Assembly: GCA_034440375.1 (NCBI GenBank)
Contig: JAWXBZ010000075.1
Coordinates: forward strand, 1 to 39,371
Direction: 5' to 3'
DNA from: Candidatus Eiseniibacteriota bacterium
GTDB lineage: Bacteria; Eisenbacteria; RBG-16-71-46; JABDJR01; JAWXBZ01
Length of the DNA: 39,371 bases
Shown here: positions 18,047 to 27,046 of the stretch, piece by piece
Position numbering within the stretch: position 1 is the first letter of the stretch
Layout of the letters: each line of letters opens with the position of its first letter
Notes under the pieces: model-generated
Told to the model about the DNA's origin: nothing
What the model saw: only the letters and a program-made list of their open reading frames with translations
Database searches by the model: none
Made by a program: the position numbers and the translations under genes

Positions 18047-18988
18047 GTGAAACGAATCGTCGCCATTCTGGCGCTGCTCGGCTCGGGCGCCAGTCTCGCA
18101 GAAGCGGCTCAACCGTTCGACAAGGTTGGCACCGTTGGCGCCCAGTTTCTGAAAATCGGCGTGGGAGCCCGGGCCACCGGCATGGGTGGAAGTTTTACCG
18201 CCGTGGCCGATGACGCCTCGTCGGTTTACTGGAATCCTGCCGGCGTTTCCCGCCTGTCGGGAAACATCGTCACGATCAACCACACCGTCTGGGCGACCGA
18301 CATTTCCATGACCCAGGCCGCCTACATCTTCAATGTTGGTTTCATGCCCGGCATGTTTGCCGTGCAGGCGAAGTCACTCTACATGAGCGACATGGAGCGC
18401 ACGACGGTGTTCCACCCGGATGGAGACGGCACCTTCTTCGATGCCGGCGACAGCCAGTTCGGCCTGACCTATTCACGGTCACTCACCGACAAGTTCTCGG
18501 CGGGCCTTACCGCCAGCCTCATCCACTCCGGGCTCGACGACCTGTCGGACAACGTCATCTCCTTCGATTTCGGAACGCTCTATGACACCGGTTACAAGTC
18601 GCTTCGCCTCGGTTTCGCCATCCAGAACATCGGTGGCGAACTGACCTACATTGACGGGGCTCGCGCGGCCAAGGTGCCGACGATCTTCCGGGTCGGCGCA
18701 TCCATGGACGTCGTGGAAACCGGCAATAACGCACTCCTCGTGTCGGCTGAATTCTCGCATCCGCCGGACAACAGCGAGAGAATAAACGTGGGCGGCGAGT
18801 ATTCCTTCAAGGATTTCTTTTTTGCCCGGGGCGGGTACAACATCGGCTATGACAGCGAGAAACTGGCTGCCGGACTCGGCGTCAAGTTTCCGACCAGCCT
18901 CTCGACCGAAACGCGGTTCGACTATTCGTACACGGATATGTCGGACCTGGGGGGCGCGCACCGCTTCTCACTTGACATCGCGTTCTAG
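18047..18988 (+). CDS. PorV/PorQ-family outer-membrane beta-barrel
   Basis: GGGAGG RBS + GTG; signal peptide; hallmark AQFLKIGVGARATGMGGSFTAVADDASSVYWNPAG; ends GGAHRFSLDIAF. About 313 aa. Confidence 0.88.
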   Translation: MKRIVAILALLGSGASLAEAAQPFDKVGTVGAQFLKIGVGARATGMGGSFTAVADDASSVYWNPAGVSRLSGNIVTINHTVWATDISMTQAAYIFNVGFMPGMFAVQAKSLYMSDMERTTVFHPDGDGTFFDAGDSQFGLTYSRSLTDKFSAGLTASLIHSGLDDLSDNVISFDFGTLYDTGYKSLRLGFAIQNIGGELTYIDGARAAKVPTIFRVGASMDVVETGNNALLVSAEFSHPPDNSERINVGGEYSFKDFFFARGGYNIGYDSEKLAAGLGVKFPTSLSTETRFDYSYTDMSDLGGAHRFSLDIAF

Positions 18989-19025
18989 GGATCAGGCAGG
19001 CCGGAGCCCCGCGCACCGGCCGTTC

Positions 19026-20549
19026 TTGAATTGGAAGGGCCGCTTCCCGTCCGGGAGCGGCCTTCTTTTTTGTTGCGGGCTCCTTGTGTCCGTTCTCCTG
19101 CCCGCCCGTGTCGGGGCCGCCCTCTTTCCGGCTGCGGCCACCGGTGACCTCTGGTTTCAGGCTGACCACGCAGGTTTCAGGGACTCCTCCGGATCGATTA
19201 TGGAGGAGTACTACATTCGATTGCCGAACAACCAGATCGTGTTCGAGGAGAGCGAGACCGACTCCGGCATTACCTTCAATGGTCGGGTATTCGTCCGCCT
19301 TCGATTCTTCGACGAGTCGGGCAGTCGCATCGCGGAGGCGGGGCGGCCGTTCGAGTTCGTGGCCGGTTCCGTCGATCAGGCCCGGACTCCCGACCGTGTC
19401 CAGCTCCTGGTCATTCGCGAACCGCTCCACCCGCGGACCCATGAAGTGGAGGTGATGGTTGAGGACCTGAATGCGAGGAAACGCGGCCTTATCTACCTGT
19501 TCACCAAGAAGAAGAAGAACGGCGTCCTGCGTGCCCGCCTCACGGCCCCTCCGGATTCGGCCGACCTGTCGCTTTCCGATCTTCAATTTGCCTGGTCCTG
19601 CCGCCCGGCCGTGCCCGGGAGTCCGTTCTTCAAGAATGGTTGGTCGATTGTTCCGAACCCGGGGCGAACCTACGGGCTCTATCTCGACACTCTTCGGGTC
19701 TACGCGGAGGTCCGTGACCGACATCCTGGCGGATTCGGCACTTACGCTTCCACCAGGACCGTCAGGGACGCCACCGGTCGTGTCCTGGGGGTCGACCGGG
19801 ACACCCTGGCTCTGGCGGCCGGATTCGGCGTCCAGCTGGTGTCGATGCCACTGCGGGGTCTTCCGTCCGGCACCTACGATCTCTCGATCCGGCTTGCGGA
19901 ATTGGGAACCGACCGGGTCGGCGAGACGATACGGGCGTTCAACGTCCTCTGGGACGAGGGGTCCTGGGCCAGGACCGAAGAGGACGTCCTTGCCGAGGCA
20001 CGAGCCATCCTGCCGGAGGAAGAGTACGATCGATTCAAGGAGATGCCTTTCGGTGACCGCGAGAGCCACCTGGCCACTTTTTGGGCCTCCCGCGACCCGT
20101 CGCCCAACTCGGCCGCCAACGAACTGCGGCTGGCCTTCCTGTCACGCGTGACCTATGCCGATGCCAATTTCACCACGCCGCTGGAACATGGCATGACGTC
20201 CGACCGTGGCCGGGTGTACATCCGTTACGGATCGCCCGACGAGGTGACGCGCGAGGATCTGCCCCGACCGGGCAACACCCTGGCCGACATCCTCGATGAT
20301 GGTAAATTCTCCGATGAGCTGTTCACGGACCGCACCGATCGGAGCCGCCGCGAGGGATTGACCACGGCCAACTTCGCCAACATCGACACGCGCCCCTACG
20401 AGATCTGGTCGTACACGCGAGAGGGGCAGCCCCTTTTTCCCGAACGGGAGCGGCTGAGCAAGAACACCGGCCTGACGTTCATTTTTGTCGATGATCAGGG
20501 AATCGGCGTCTACACCCTCCGATATTCAAACACGCCAAGGCGCTTCTAG
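19026..20549 (+). CDS. GWxTD domain-containing protein (variant motif GMTSD)
   Basis: C-terminal FWASRDPSP....NEL...F..RV.YADANF....GMTSDRGRVYIRYGSPDEV...YEIWSY...FIFVD matches the GWxTD family pattern; N-terminal beta-rich domains. Start uncertain (TTG 19026 or GTG 19086). Confidence 0.82.
   Translation: MNWKGRFPSGSGLLFCCGLLVSVLLPARVGAALFPAAATGDLWFQADHAGFRDSSGSIMEEYYIRLPNNQIVFEESETDSGITFNGRVFVRLRFFDESGSRIAEAGRPFEFVAGSVDQARTPDRVQLLVIREPLHPRTHEVEVMVEDLNARKRGLIYLFTKKKKNGVLRARLTAPPDSADLSLSDLQFAWSCRPAVPGSPFFKNGWSIVPNPGRTYGLYLDTLRVYAEVRDRHPGGFGTYASTRTVRDATGRVLGVDRDTLALAAGFGVQLVSMPLRGLPSGTYDLSIRLAELGTDRVGETIRAFNVLWDEGSWARTEEDVLAEARAILPEEEYDRFKEMPFGDRESHLATFWASRDPSPNSAANELRLAFLSRVTYADANFTTPLEHGMTSDRGRVYIRYGSPDEVTREDLPRPGNTLADILDDGKFSDELFTDRTDRSRREGLTTANFANIDTRPYEIWSYTREGQPLFPERERLSKNTGLTFIFVDDQGIGVYTLRYSNTPRRF
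19034..19071 (+). terminator. Rho-independent terminator after the PorV-family gene
   Basis: GAAGGGCCGCTTCCC-GTCC-GGGAGCGGCCTTC GC-rich stem followed by TTTTTT. Confidence 0.75.
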
Positions 20550-20585
20550 GCTCCGGGGTCCGGTGCGATCCCCGCCGCTCCGGAT

Positions 20586-20614
20586 TTGACAGCCACGGGC
20601 CGGATTCCTATCAT
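20586..20614 (+). promoter_or_regulatory. Putative sigma70 promoter of the glycolytic operon
   Basis: TTGACA (20586-20591), 17 bp, TATCAT (20609-20614). Confidence 0.7.
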
Positions 20615-20695
20615 CCAAATGATGATGGGTCCCTGGCGTTTCCTGCGCCGCCCGCACCCGCCAACCACCTGTCACCCCGGGATTTGGTCAAACAC

Positions 20696-21742
20696 ATGCT
20701 CAAGATTGGTGTTCTCACCGGCGGCGGCGACTGCCCCGGCCTCAATGCGGTGATTCGGGCCGTCGTTCAGACGACGATCAAACGACACGATGGGCTAGTC
20801 TTCGGCGTTGACGACGGCTGGCAGGGAATGGTCGAGGGAACAGTCCGGGAGCTTACGCTGGACTCGGTCTCCGGCATTCTGCCCAAGGGCGGTACCATTC
20901 TCGGAACGTCGCGCACCAACCCCACGAGGATTGAAGGGGGGGTCGAGAGTTGTCTCCGGACGTTCGAAAAGTGGCGGTTCGACGCGCTGGTGGCGATTGG
21001 CGGGGAGGACACCCTGGGCGTGGCACTGGAGCTCTCGCGCCGTGGGATGGCCGTCGTTGGCGTGCCGAAGACCATCGATAACGACCTGAACGGCACCGAT
21101 TACACGTTCGGATTCGATACGGCCATCAACATTGCCACCGAGGCCATCGATCGCCTGCATACGACCGCCGAGTCCCACAACCGGGTCATCGTGGTGGAAG
21201 TCATGGGGCGCCATGCCGGCTGGATCGCCGTCGAAGCCGGTATTGCCGGCGGCGCGGACGTCGTCCTTATCCCCGAAGTGCCGATTTCGGTCGAGCAAGT
21301 CTGCGCGACCATCAATCGGCGTCACCAGCGCGGGAAGAAATTCAGCATCGTTGTCGTGGCCGAAGGGGCCCGCTTCGAGGAATCGACCGGCCAGGACGGC
21401 GAGCTGATTCTTTCCGATTCGGTGCGCGACGCGTTCGGTCACGTGAAACTGGGTGGCATCGGAAAGCTCCTGGCGGACGCGATCGAGGAGAAGACCGGAT
21501 TCGAAACTCGCTACAGCGTGCTGGGGCACATCCAGCGCGGCGGGACGCCGACCGCCTTTGACCGCGTGCTGGCCACCCGATTCGGCGTGGCCGCCGTCGA
21601 GCTGGTGGTCGAGCGCCAGTACGGTCGAATGGTGGCCCTCGTCGGCAACCGGATTGTCTCCGTCGACATCGCCGAGGCGGTACGCGAACTGAAGACAGTC
21701 GACATGGGACTCTACGAGATCGCCAAGGTTTTTTTCGGTTGA
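20696..21742 (+). CDS. pfkA: 6-phosphofructokinase, group III, probably PPi-dependent
   Basis: LTGGGDCPGLNAVIR, GGTILGTSR, IGGEDT, PKTIDND, EVMGRHAGW, LGHIQRGG motifs. Confidence 0.95.
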   Translation: MLKIGVLTGGGDCPGLNAVIRAVVQTTIKRHDGLVFGVDDGWQGMVEGTVRELTLDSVSGILPKGGTILGTSRTNPTRIEGGVESCLRTFEKWRFDALVAIGGEDTLGVALELSRRGMAVVGVPKTIDNDLNGTDYTFGFDTAINIATEAIDRLHTTAESHNRVIVVEVMGRHAGWIAVEAGIAGGADVVLIPEVPISVEQVCATINRRHQRGKKFSIVVVAEGARFEESTGQDGELILSDSVRDAFGHVKLGGIGKLLADAIEEKTGFETRYSVLGHIQRGGTPTAFDRVLATRFGVAAVELVVERQYGRMVALVGNRIVSVDIAEAVRELKTVDMGLYEIAKVFFG

Positions 21743-21787
21743 CGGGCCCTTGGGCCCGTTCAACTTCACCAGAAAAAGGAGAATGTC

Positions 21788-22792
21788 ATGGCCATCCGGA
21801 TCGGCATTAACGGCTTCGGGCGCATCGGCCGTCTCGTCTACCGGGCGGCCATGCCCCACCGCGACATCGAGATCGTGGCGATCAACGACGTCACCGACGC
21901 ACCGACGCTGGCGCATCTCCTGAAGTACGACTCGGTGCACGGCCGGCTCAAGGTGCCGGTCACGGTCGACGACTCCCGGCTGATGGTCGACGGCCGCTCG
22001 ACCAGCGTCCTCGCAACGAAAGACCCGGCCCAGCTACCCTGGAAGAAACTTGGCGTCGACCTCGTCGTCGAATCGACAGGCATCTTCACCGACCGTGACA
22101 AGGCGGCTCTTCACCTCTCGGCCGGCGCGAGGAAGGTGATCGTCTCGGCCCCGTCCAAGGGTGCCGACTTGACCCTCGTCATGGGCGTCAATCACCGAAG
22201 CTATGACCCGGCGACGCATCATGTGGTATCGAATGCCTCCTGCACCACCAACTGCCTGGCCCCCGTGGCCATGGTTTTGAACGATGCCTTCGGCATCCAG
22301 CGCGGTGTCATGACCACCATCCACGCCTATACGAATGACCAGCGGATCCTCGACCTGCCGCACCAGGACCTGCGCCGGGCCAGGGCCGCCGCCCTGAACC
22401 AGATTCCCTCGACGACCGGCGCGGCGAAGACCATCGGCCTCGTGGTGCCGGAACTAAAGGGGAAGCTGGATGGCCTGGCGATTCGGGTGCCCGTGCCGGA
22501 CGGATCCCTCGTCGACCTGACCGTGCAGGTCAGCCGGAACACCACGGTCCAGGAGGTCAACGCGGCCCTCAAGGCCGCCGCCGACGGCCCGATGCGCGGC
22601 ATCATCGAGTACTCCACCGAGGAGCTGGTCTCCTCGGATGTCATCGGCAACCCGCACTCGTCGGTGGTCGACTCGAAGCTCACGAATGTCGTGGACGGCA
22701 ACCTCGTGAAGGTATTCTCATGGTACGACAACGAGTGGGCCTTCTCGGTACGGGTCGTCGAGCTCATTCAGCTCATGGCGCCATCGCTCTGA
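21788..22792 (+). CDS. gap: Glyceraldehyde-3-phosphate dehydrogenase (type I)
   Basis: [27 protein letters not shown] motifs; AAGGAG RBS. Confidence 0.98.
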   Translation: MAIRIGINGFGRIGRLVYRAAMPHRDIEIVAINDVTDAPTLAHLLKYDSVHGRLKVPVTVDDSRLMVDGRSTSVLATKDPAQLPWKKLGVDLVVESTGIFTDRDKAALHLSAGARKVIVSAPSKGADLTLVMGVNHRSYDPATHHVVSNASCTTNCLAPVAMVLNDAFGIQRGVMTTIHAYTNDQRILDLPHQDLRRARAAALNQIPSTTGAAKTIGLVVPELKGKLDGLAIRVPVPDGSLVDLTVQVSRNTTVQEVNAALKAAADGPMRGIIEYSTEELVSSDVIGNPHSSVVDSKLTNVVDGNLVKVFSWYDNEWAFSVRVVELIQLMAPSL

Positions 22793-22821
22793 TTCCAGGT
22801 AATGAAGGGATATCGCGTTCG

Positions 22822-24021
22822 GTGAATCGCCTCACAATCCGTGACCTCGACGTTCGTGGCAAGCGGGTCTTCGTCCGCGTCGATTTCAACTGTCCGATCG
22901 GAGACGACGGCCAGGTGACCGACGACACGCGGATCGTGGCGGCTCTACCGACACTCCGCTACCTGTCGGAGAAGGGGGCACGACTCGTTCTGGCCAGCCA
23001 TCTCGGTCGGCCAAAGGGAGTGCCACAGTCCCGCTATTCGCTGTCACCGGTGGTGGCGCGGCTGACGCACCTGTTGAAACTTCTGGTGGGCTTTGTCGAC
23101 GATTGTGTCGGTGCCGGGGTCCTCGCCGCCACGACCGGGCTACCCGACGGCGGGTTCCTCATGCTCGAAAATCTCCGCTTTCATGCGGGTGAGGAAGCCA
23201 ACGATCCTGAGTTCGCCCGGGCGCTGGCTCAGTCGGCCGACCTCTATGTCAACGATGCCTTTGGCACGGCTCACCGGGCCCACGCATCGACGGTCGGCAT
23301 CACTCAATTCCTCTCCCCCTCGGCGGCCGGTTTTCTGATGGAGAAGGAGTTGAAATATCTCGGCCAGGCCATTGGTCAGCCGAAACGCCCTTTCTGGACC
23401 ATCCTGGGTGGGGCCAAGATTTCGGGCAAGATCGACGTGATCGGCCACCTGTTTGATCGTGTCGAGGGTTTCCTGATCGGTGGTGGCATGGCTTTCACCT
23501 TTCTGAAGGCGGGCGGCCACGCCATCGGCAGTTCGCTGGTTGAGGCCGACAAGCTGGGCCTGGCCGCTGATCTGCTGAAGCGAGCCGGCGAGAAAAACGT
23601 ACCAATCGTCCTGCCGGTTGACCTGGTAGAGGCGCGTGGGCCGAAGGGCCGGGACGAACATCGAACGGTCGATGGTGTCGAGATTGCCGATGGCTGGATG
23701 GGGGTCGACATAGGACCACGCACCGTTGAAGAGTTTCGTCGCCGACTCGCCAGGGCCGGAACAATCCTGTGGAATGGACCGATGGGGATCTTCGAAGAGC
23801 CTCCGTATGACGCCGGAACACTGGCCGTGGCCCGGTTGCTGGCCGACGCCACGAAGGCGGGCACCATCACGATCGTGGGCGGGGGAGACTCCGCCGCCGC
23901 CATCGCGGCAGCCGGCCTGGACGAGGCAGTCACCCACGTCTCCACCGGTGGTGGCGCCTCACTGGAGTTCCTCGAGGGAAGGGAACTGCCAGGCGTGGCC
24001 GCTCTCACGGTCCGGCCATGA
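22822..24021 (+). CDS. pgk: Phosphoglycerate kinase
   Basis: RVFVRVDFN, ASHLGRPKG, LENLRF, NDAFGTAHRAHAS, WNGPMG, STGGGASLEFLEG. Start set at GTG 22822. Confidence 0.97.
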   Translation: MNRLTIRDLDVRGKRVFVRVDFNCPIGDDGQVTDDTRIVAALPTLRYLSEKGARLVLASHLGRPKGVPQSRYSLSPVVARLTHLLKLLVGFVDDCVGAGVLAATTGLPDGGFLMLENLRFHAGEEANDPEFARALAQSADLYVNDAFGTAHRAHASTVGITQFLSPSAAGFLMEKELKYLGQAIGQPKRPFWTILGGAKISGKIDVIGHLFDRVEGFLIGGGMAFTFLKAGGHAIGSSLVEADKLGLAADLLKRAGEKNVPIVLPVDLVEARGPKGRDEHRTVDGVEIADGWMGVDIGPRTVEEFRRRLARAGTILWNGPMGIFEEPPYDAGTLAVARLLADATKAGTITIVGGGDSAAAIAAAGLDEAVTHVSTGGGASLEFLEGRELPGVAALTVRP

Positions 24022-24776
24022 CGCCTCGCCGGAAGCTGATCGCCGGGAACATCAAGATGTTCCTGACCGTCACCGCCGTCGGCCAGTTGGTCCGCGAGGT
24101 TCAGGTCGGACTCAACGGTCGGGAGACCGCCGAGGTGGCCTACTTCCCGCCCTTCACGATGCTGGCTGACACGGGTCGCCTCCTGGCCGGTGGACCAATT
24201 GCTCTCGGCGCACAGGACGTATTCTGGGAAGATGAAGGAGCCTTCACCGGCCAGATTTCGGCCCGGATGCTGCTCGATGTCGGGTGCCACTTCGCGCTCA
24301 TCGGACATTCCGAGCGACGCCAGTACTTCGGCGAGACGGATGAAACGGTTCGCAGGAAAATCGTCGCGGCACTTCGCCACGGGCTTTTGCCGATCGTCTG
24401 CGTCGGCGAGACTCTGGTCGAGCGGGAAGCCGGAAAGGCCGTGGAGGTGCTGGCCCGTCAGCTCGATGGAGCCACGGTCGATCTCGACCAGGTTTCCCTG
24501 TCGCAGTTGACAATTGCCTACGAGCCGGTCTGGGCCATTGGCACGAGTTTGACGGCCACTCCAGAGCAGGCCGAAGAGGCCCATCACGCCATTCGAGAGC
24601 GGCTCGATGCGCGGCAGCCAGGACTTGGCCTTGCCACGCGCATCCTCTACGGAGGGAGTGTCAAGGCGGACAATGCGGCCGGGCTCTTTGCGCGGCCCGG
24701 GATCGACGGCGCGCTGGTGGGGGGTGCCTGTCTGAGTCCGGCCTCCTTTCTCGCCATTATTCGCGCAGCCGGTTGA
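24018..24776 (+). CDS. tpiA: Triosephosphate isomerase
   Basis: IAGNIKM, GAFTG, IGHSERR, AYEPVWAIGT, ILYGGSV, DGALVGG motifs; ATGA overlap with pgk. Confidence 0.97.
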   Translation: MTPRRKLIAGNIKMFLTVTAVGQLVREVQVGLNGRETAEVAYFPPFTMLADTGRLLAGGPIALGAQDVFWEDEGAFTGQISARMLLDVGCHFALIGHSERRQYFGETDETVRRKIVAALRHGLLPIVCVGETLVEREAGKAVEVLARQLDGATVDLDQVSLSQLTIAYEPVWAIGTSLTATPEQAEEAHHAIRERLDARQPGLGLATRILYGGSVKADNAAGLFARPGIDGALVGGACLSPASFLAIIRAAG

Positions 24777-24801
24777 CGAGGTCCAAACCCTCTGGTAATC
24801 T
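24773..24801 (+). promoter_or_regulatory. Putative sigma70 promoter for secG / tRNA-Leu
   Basis: TTGACG (24773-24778), 17 bp, TAATCT (24796-24801). Confidence 0.5.
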
Positions 24802-24846
24802 ACTACGCCTGTTTAACTTAGTCGGTCGTGTCGACCGGAGGAATGT

Positions 24847-25311
24847 ATGCTGATCATCGCTCTGTCCGTACTGTTCGTCATCATCTGTTTTCTGCTGGTC
24901 GTTGTCGTTCTGCTGCAGACCGGTAAGGGGGGCGGCATCTCCGGTGCTTTCGGCATCGGGCAGGCCGGCCAGACCATCTTCGGTGCCAGCGGAGCTGGAA
25001 ATGTACTGACAAAGGCCACGGCGGTACTGGGTGGTGCTTTCATGGTCGTCTCGTTGCTTCTGGCCATGATTGAAAAATCGGCCGGCCCCTCCGGCGGCGG
25101 CAAGAGCATCCTGCAGGAAGGTCTCGGCATGACGCCGATCGCGGCGCCTGCCGGTGATGCTGCCAATCCTGCCGGCATCGGGGCGCCGGTCACCGTTACG
25201 CCAGCACCAGATGGAGGCGCGCCGGCAACGAATTCCGGAGCGCCGGTCACGACACCCGGCACTAACCCGCCGGGCGCGGCCACCGGCACCGGCACCGGCA
25301 CCGGAAACTGA
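24847..25311 (+). CDS. secG: Preprotein translocase subunit SecG with long low-complexity tail
   Basis: LLVVVVLLQTGKGGGISGAFG...IFGASGAGNVLTKAT; two TM helices; classic tpiA-secG-tRNA-Leu order. Confidence 0.93.
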   Translation: MLIIALSVLFVIICFLLVVVVLLQTGKGGGISGAFGIGQAGQTIFGASGAGNVLTKATAVLGGAFMVVSLLLAMIEKSAGPSGGGKSILQEGLGMTPIAAPAGDAANPAGIGAPVTVTPAPDGGAPATNSGAPVTTPGTNPPGAATGTGTGTGN

Positions 25312-25359
25312 ACCAACCGAAAACCGAATAATCGGAATCAACTGCAAGGTTGGTTCTTC

Positions 25360-25446
25360 GCGGAAGTGGCGGAACTGGCAGACGCACCAGCTTGAGGGGC
25401 TGGCGGGAGCAATCCTGTAGGGGTTCAAATCCCCTCTTCCGCACCA
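25360..25446 (+). tRNA. tRNA-Leu (anticodon GAG)
   Basis: Acceptor GCGGAAG/CTTCCGC, D-arm TGGCGGAACTGGCAGACGC, anticodon arm CCAGC-TTGAGGG-GCTGG, long variable arm, T-loop GTTCAAATC, encoded CCA. Confidence 0.97.
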
Positions 25447-25520
25447 TCATCACCACGATCGATGCCAGGGGTGCTGCGACGACCGCGCCCTCGATCGTTC
25501 CGGGGGAGGATTCCCTCCGC

Positions 25521-27023
25521 ATGTCGCCCGCGGGGCGCCGGATCATCGGCGCCGCACTGCTTGCGTATCTGATCAGCCTCGTCGTTCACGGCCAACTATC
25601 GGGCTGGAACCTCGTGGATGACGCGATGATTGCCTGCCGTGCCGCTGCCAACGTGGCCAATGGTTTTGGGCCAGTGTTCAACCCCGGCGTTCGATTCGAA
25701 TCGTGGTCCAGCCCGGCATGGGTGGCCTTCCTCTCCGCTGGAGCCAGGATCGGCATGGACCTTCCCTCGCTCGCACGGGCACTGGGTGTCCTGTCCGCAC
25801 TCCTCCTGGTGGCCCTTGTCGCGAGGCTCGCCATCAACCGCGCGCCATCCCCGGTGGCGCTGTGCGTTGCCCTTGTCCTTGGCTCCGACCCGGGGCTGGC
25901 GGTCTGGAGTCAGTCCGGCCTCGAAACGGCCGGCTTTGCCCTGGCACTCTTCGCGGCCGTGGCGATATTGGCGGCCTGGTCATCGCATCCGACGATTTTG
26001 CTCTCACTACTCCTCGGCGGTCTCGGTGGAGCCCTCGCGCTCTTTCGCCCCGAAGGAATGCTCCTGGCGGCCTGGTTGGGCCTGGTGGCGGCCCGTCAAC
26101 ACCACGGAGGCGGCCGTTACCTGGCCGCGGCGCTTCTTCCAACCCTCCTTGTCATCGGTGCTCTGCTCGCCTGGCGCCTTCAGTTTTACGGAGCCTGGCT
26201 TCCGGCCAGCGCGGCCGCGAAGCTGGTGCCGCGGGGCGATGCCATGCTCCATGGATTCCTGGACCTCGGCCTCGCACTTCTGCGCCGCCTGCCGCTGGTC
26301 CTGCTCGCGGCCCTCGGATACCGGGCGATCCAAAGGGACCCGGCCCGCGATCGATCGGACCGAGCCTGGTTTGACGCCACTGCCGGAGTCCTCGTGATCC
26401 TTGGCGCGATGACGGTGCTGGCCGGCGGCGACTGGATGGGCCGCGACCGCTTCCTGTTGCCGCTGTTTCCATTGCTGGCCATTGGCGCCGCGATGGGCGG
26501 TGCCGCGCGGCGGACATCGGGACCGGCACTTCTCCTCGTGACGGTTCTGGCGGTCGCCTTGCCTGTCTGGCAGGCCGATCGACTGCCGCCGCATGGCCAT
26601 GCGGCACGTCAATTGGGGGAGTGGCTGGCTCGCGAGTTTCCCGACTCGACGCGGCTCGGCGTGGCGGCTGCGGGCGCAATTCCTTTTCATGCCGGATTCT
26701 GGACGATCGACGCGCTTGGAATCACGGATCCGGACATCGCGCGCCGCGCACCGCCGGCTGTGGCGCCCTGGAAAAGCGGACACATGCACTACGACACGGC
26801 GCGATTCCTCGCGGCGAAGCCCGATATCATTGTCTGGGAATTCGGCACTCCATGGTGCCTGGCCCGGATGAGTGAACCGTCGGAAGGTGTGCCGATGCCA
26901 AGGGGGGACTACCGGCGCGAGCTGTTGCGCCATCCCACATTCCGCGCCGGGTGGCGACCCGTGCCCGGCGTGCCCCCGCACCTCTCGGCCTACTTCACCC
27001 TGTTTCGCCGCACCGACAACTGA
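25521..27023 (+). CDS. Polytopic membrane protein, GT-C-fold glycosyltransferase-like
   Basis: GGAGGA RBS; first-loop motif VDDAMIACRAAANVANGFGPVFNPG..FESWSSPAW, SGLET, RPEG, GGDWM..RFLLP and a C-terminal AAGAIPF...IDALGITD.DIA domain; about 10 hydrophobic helices. Confidence 0.7.
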   Translation: MSPAGRRIIGAALLAYLISLVVHGQLSGWNLVDDAMIACRAAANVANGFGPVFNPGVRFESWSSPAWVAFLSAGARIGMDLPSLARALGVLSALLLVALVARLAINRAPSPVALCVALVLGSDPGLAVWSQSGLETAGFALALFAAVAILAAWSSHPTILLSLLLGGLGGALALFRPEGMLLAAWLGLVAARQHHGGGRYLAAALLPTLLVIGALLAWRLQFYGAWLPASAAAKLVPRGDAMLHGFLDLGLALLRRLPLVLLAALGYRAIQRDPARDRSDRAWFDATAGVLVILGAMTVLAGGDWMGRDRFLLPLFPLLAIGAAMGGAARRTSGPALLLVTVLAVALPVWQADRLPPHGHAARQLGEWLAREFPDSTRLGVAAAGAIPFHAGFWTIDALGITDPDIARRAPPAVAPWKSGHMHYDTARFLAAKPDIIVWEFGTPWCLARMSEPSEGVPMPRGDYRRELLRHPTFRAGWRPVPGVPPHLSAYFTLFRRTDN

Positions 27024-27046
27024 CCAGTGGAAATGATCGGTGCCGG

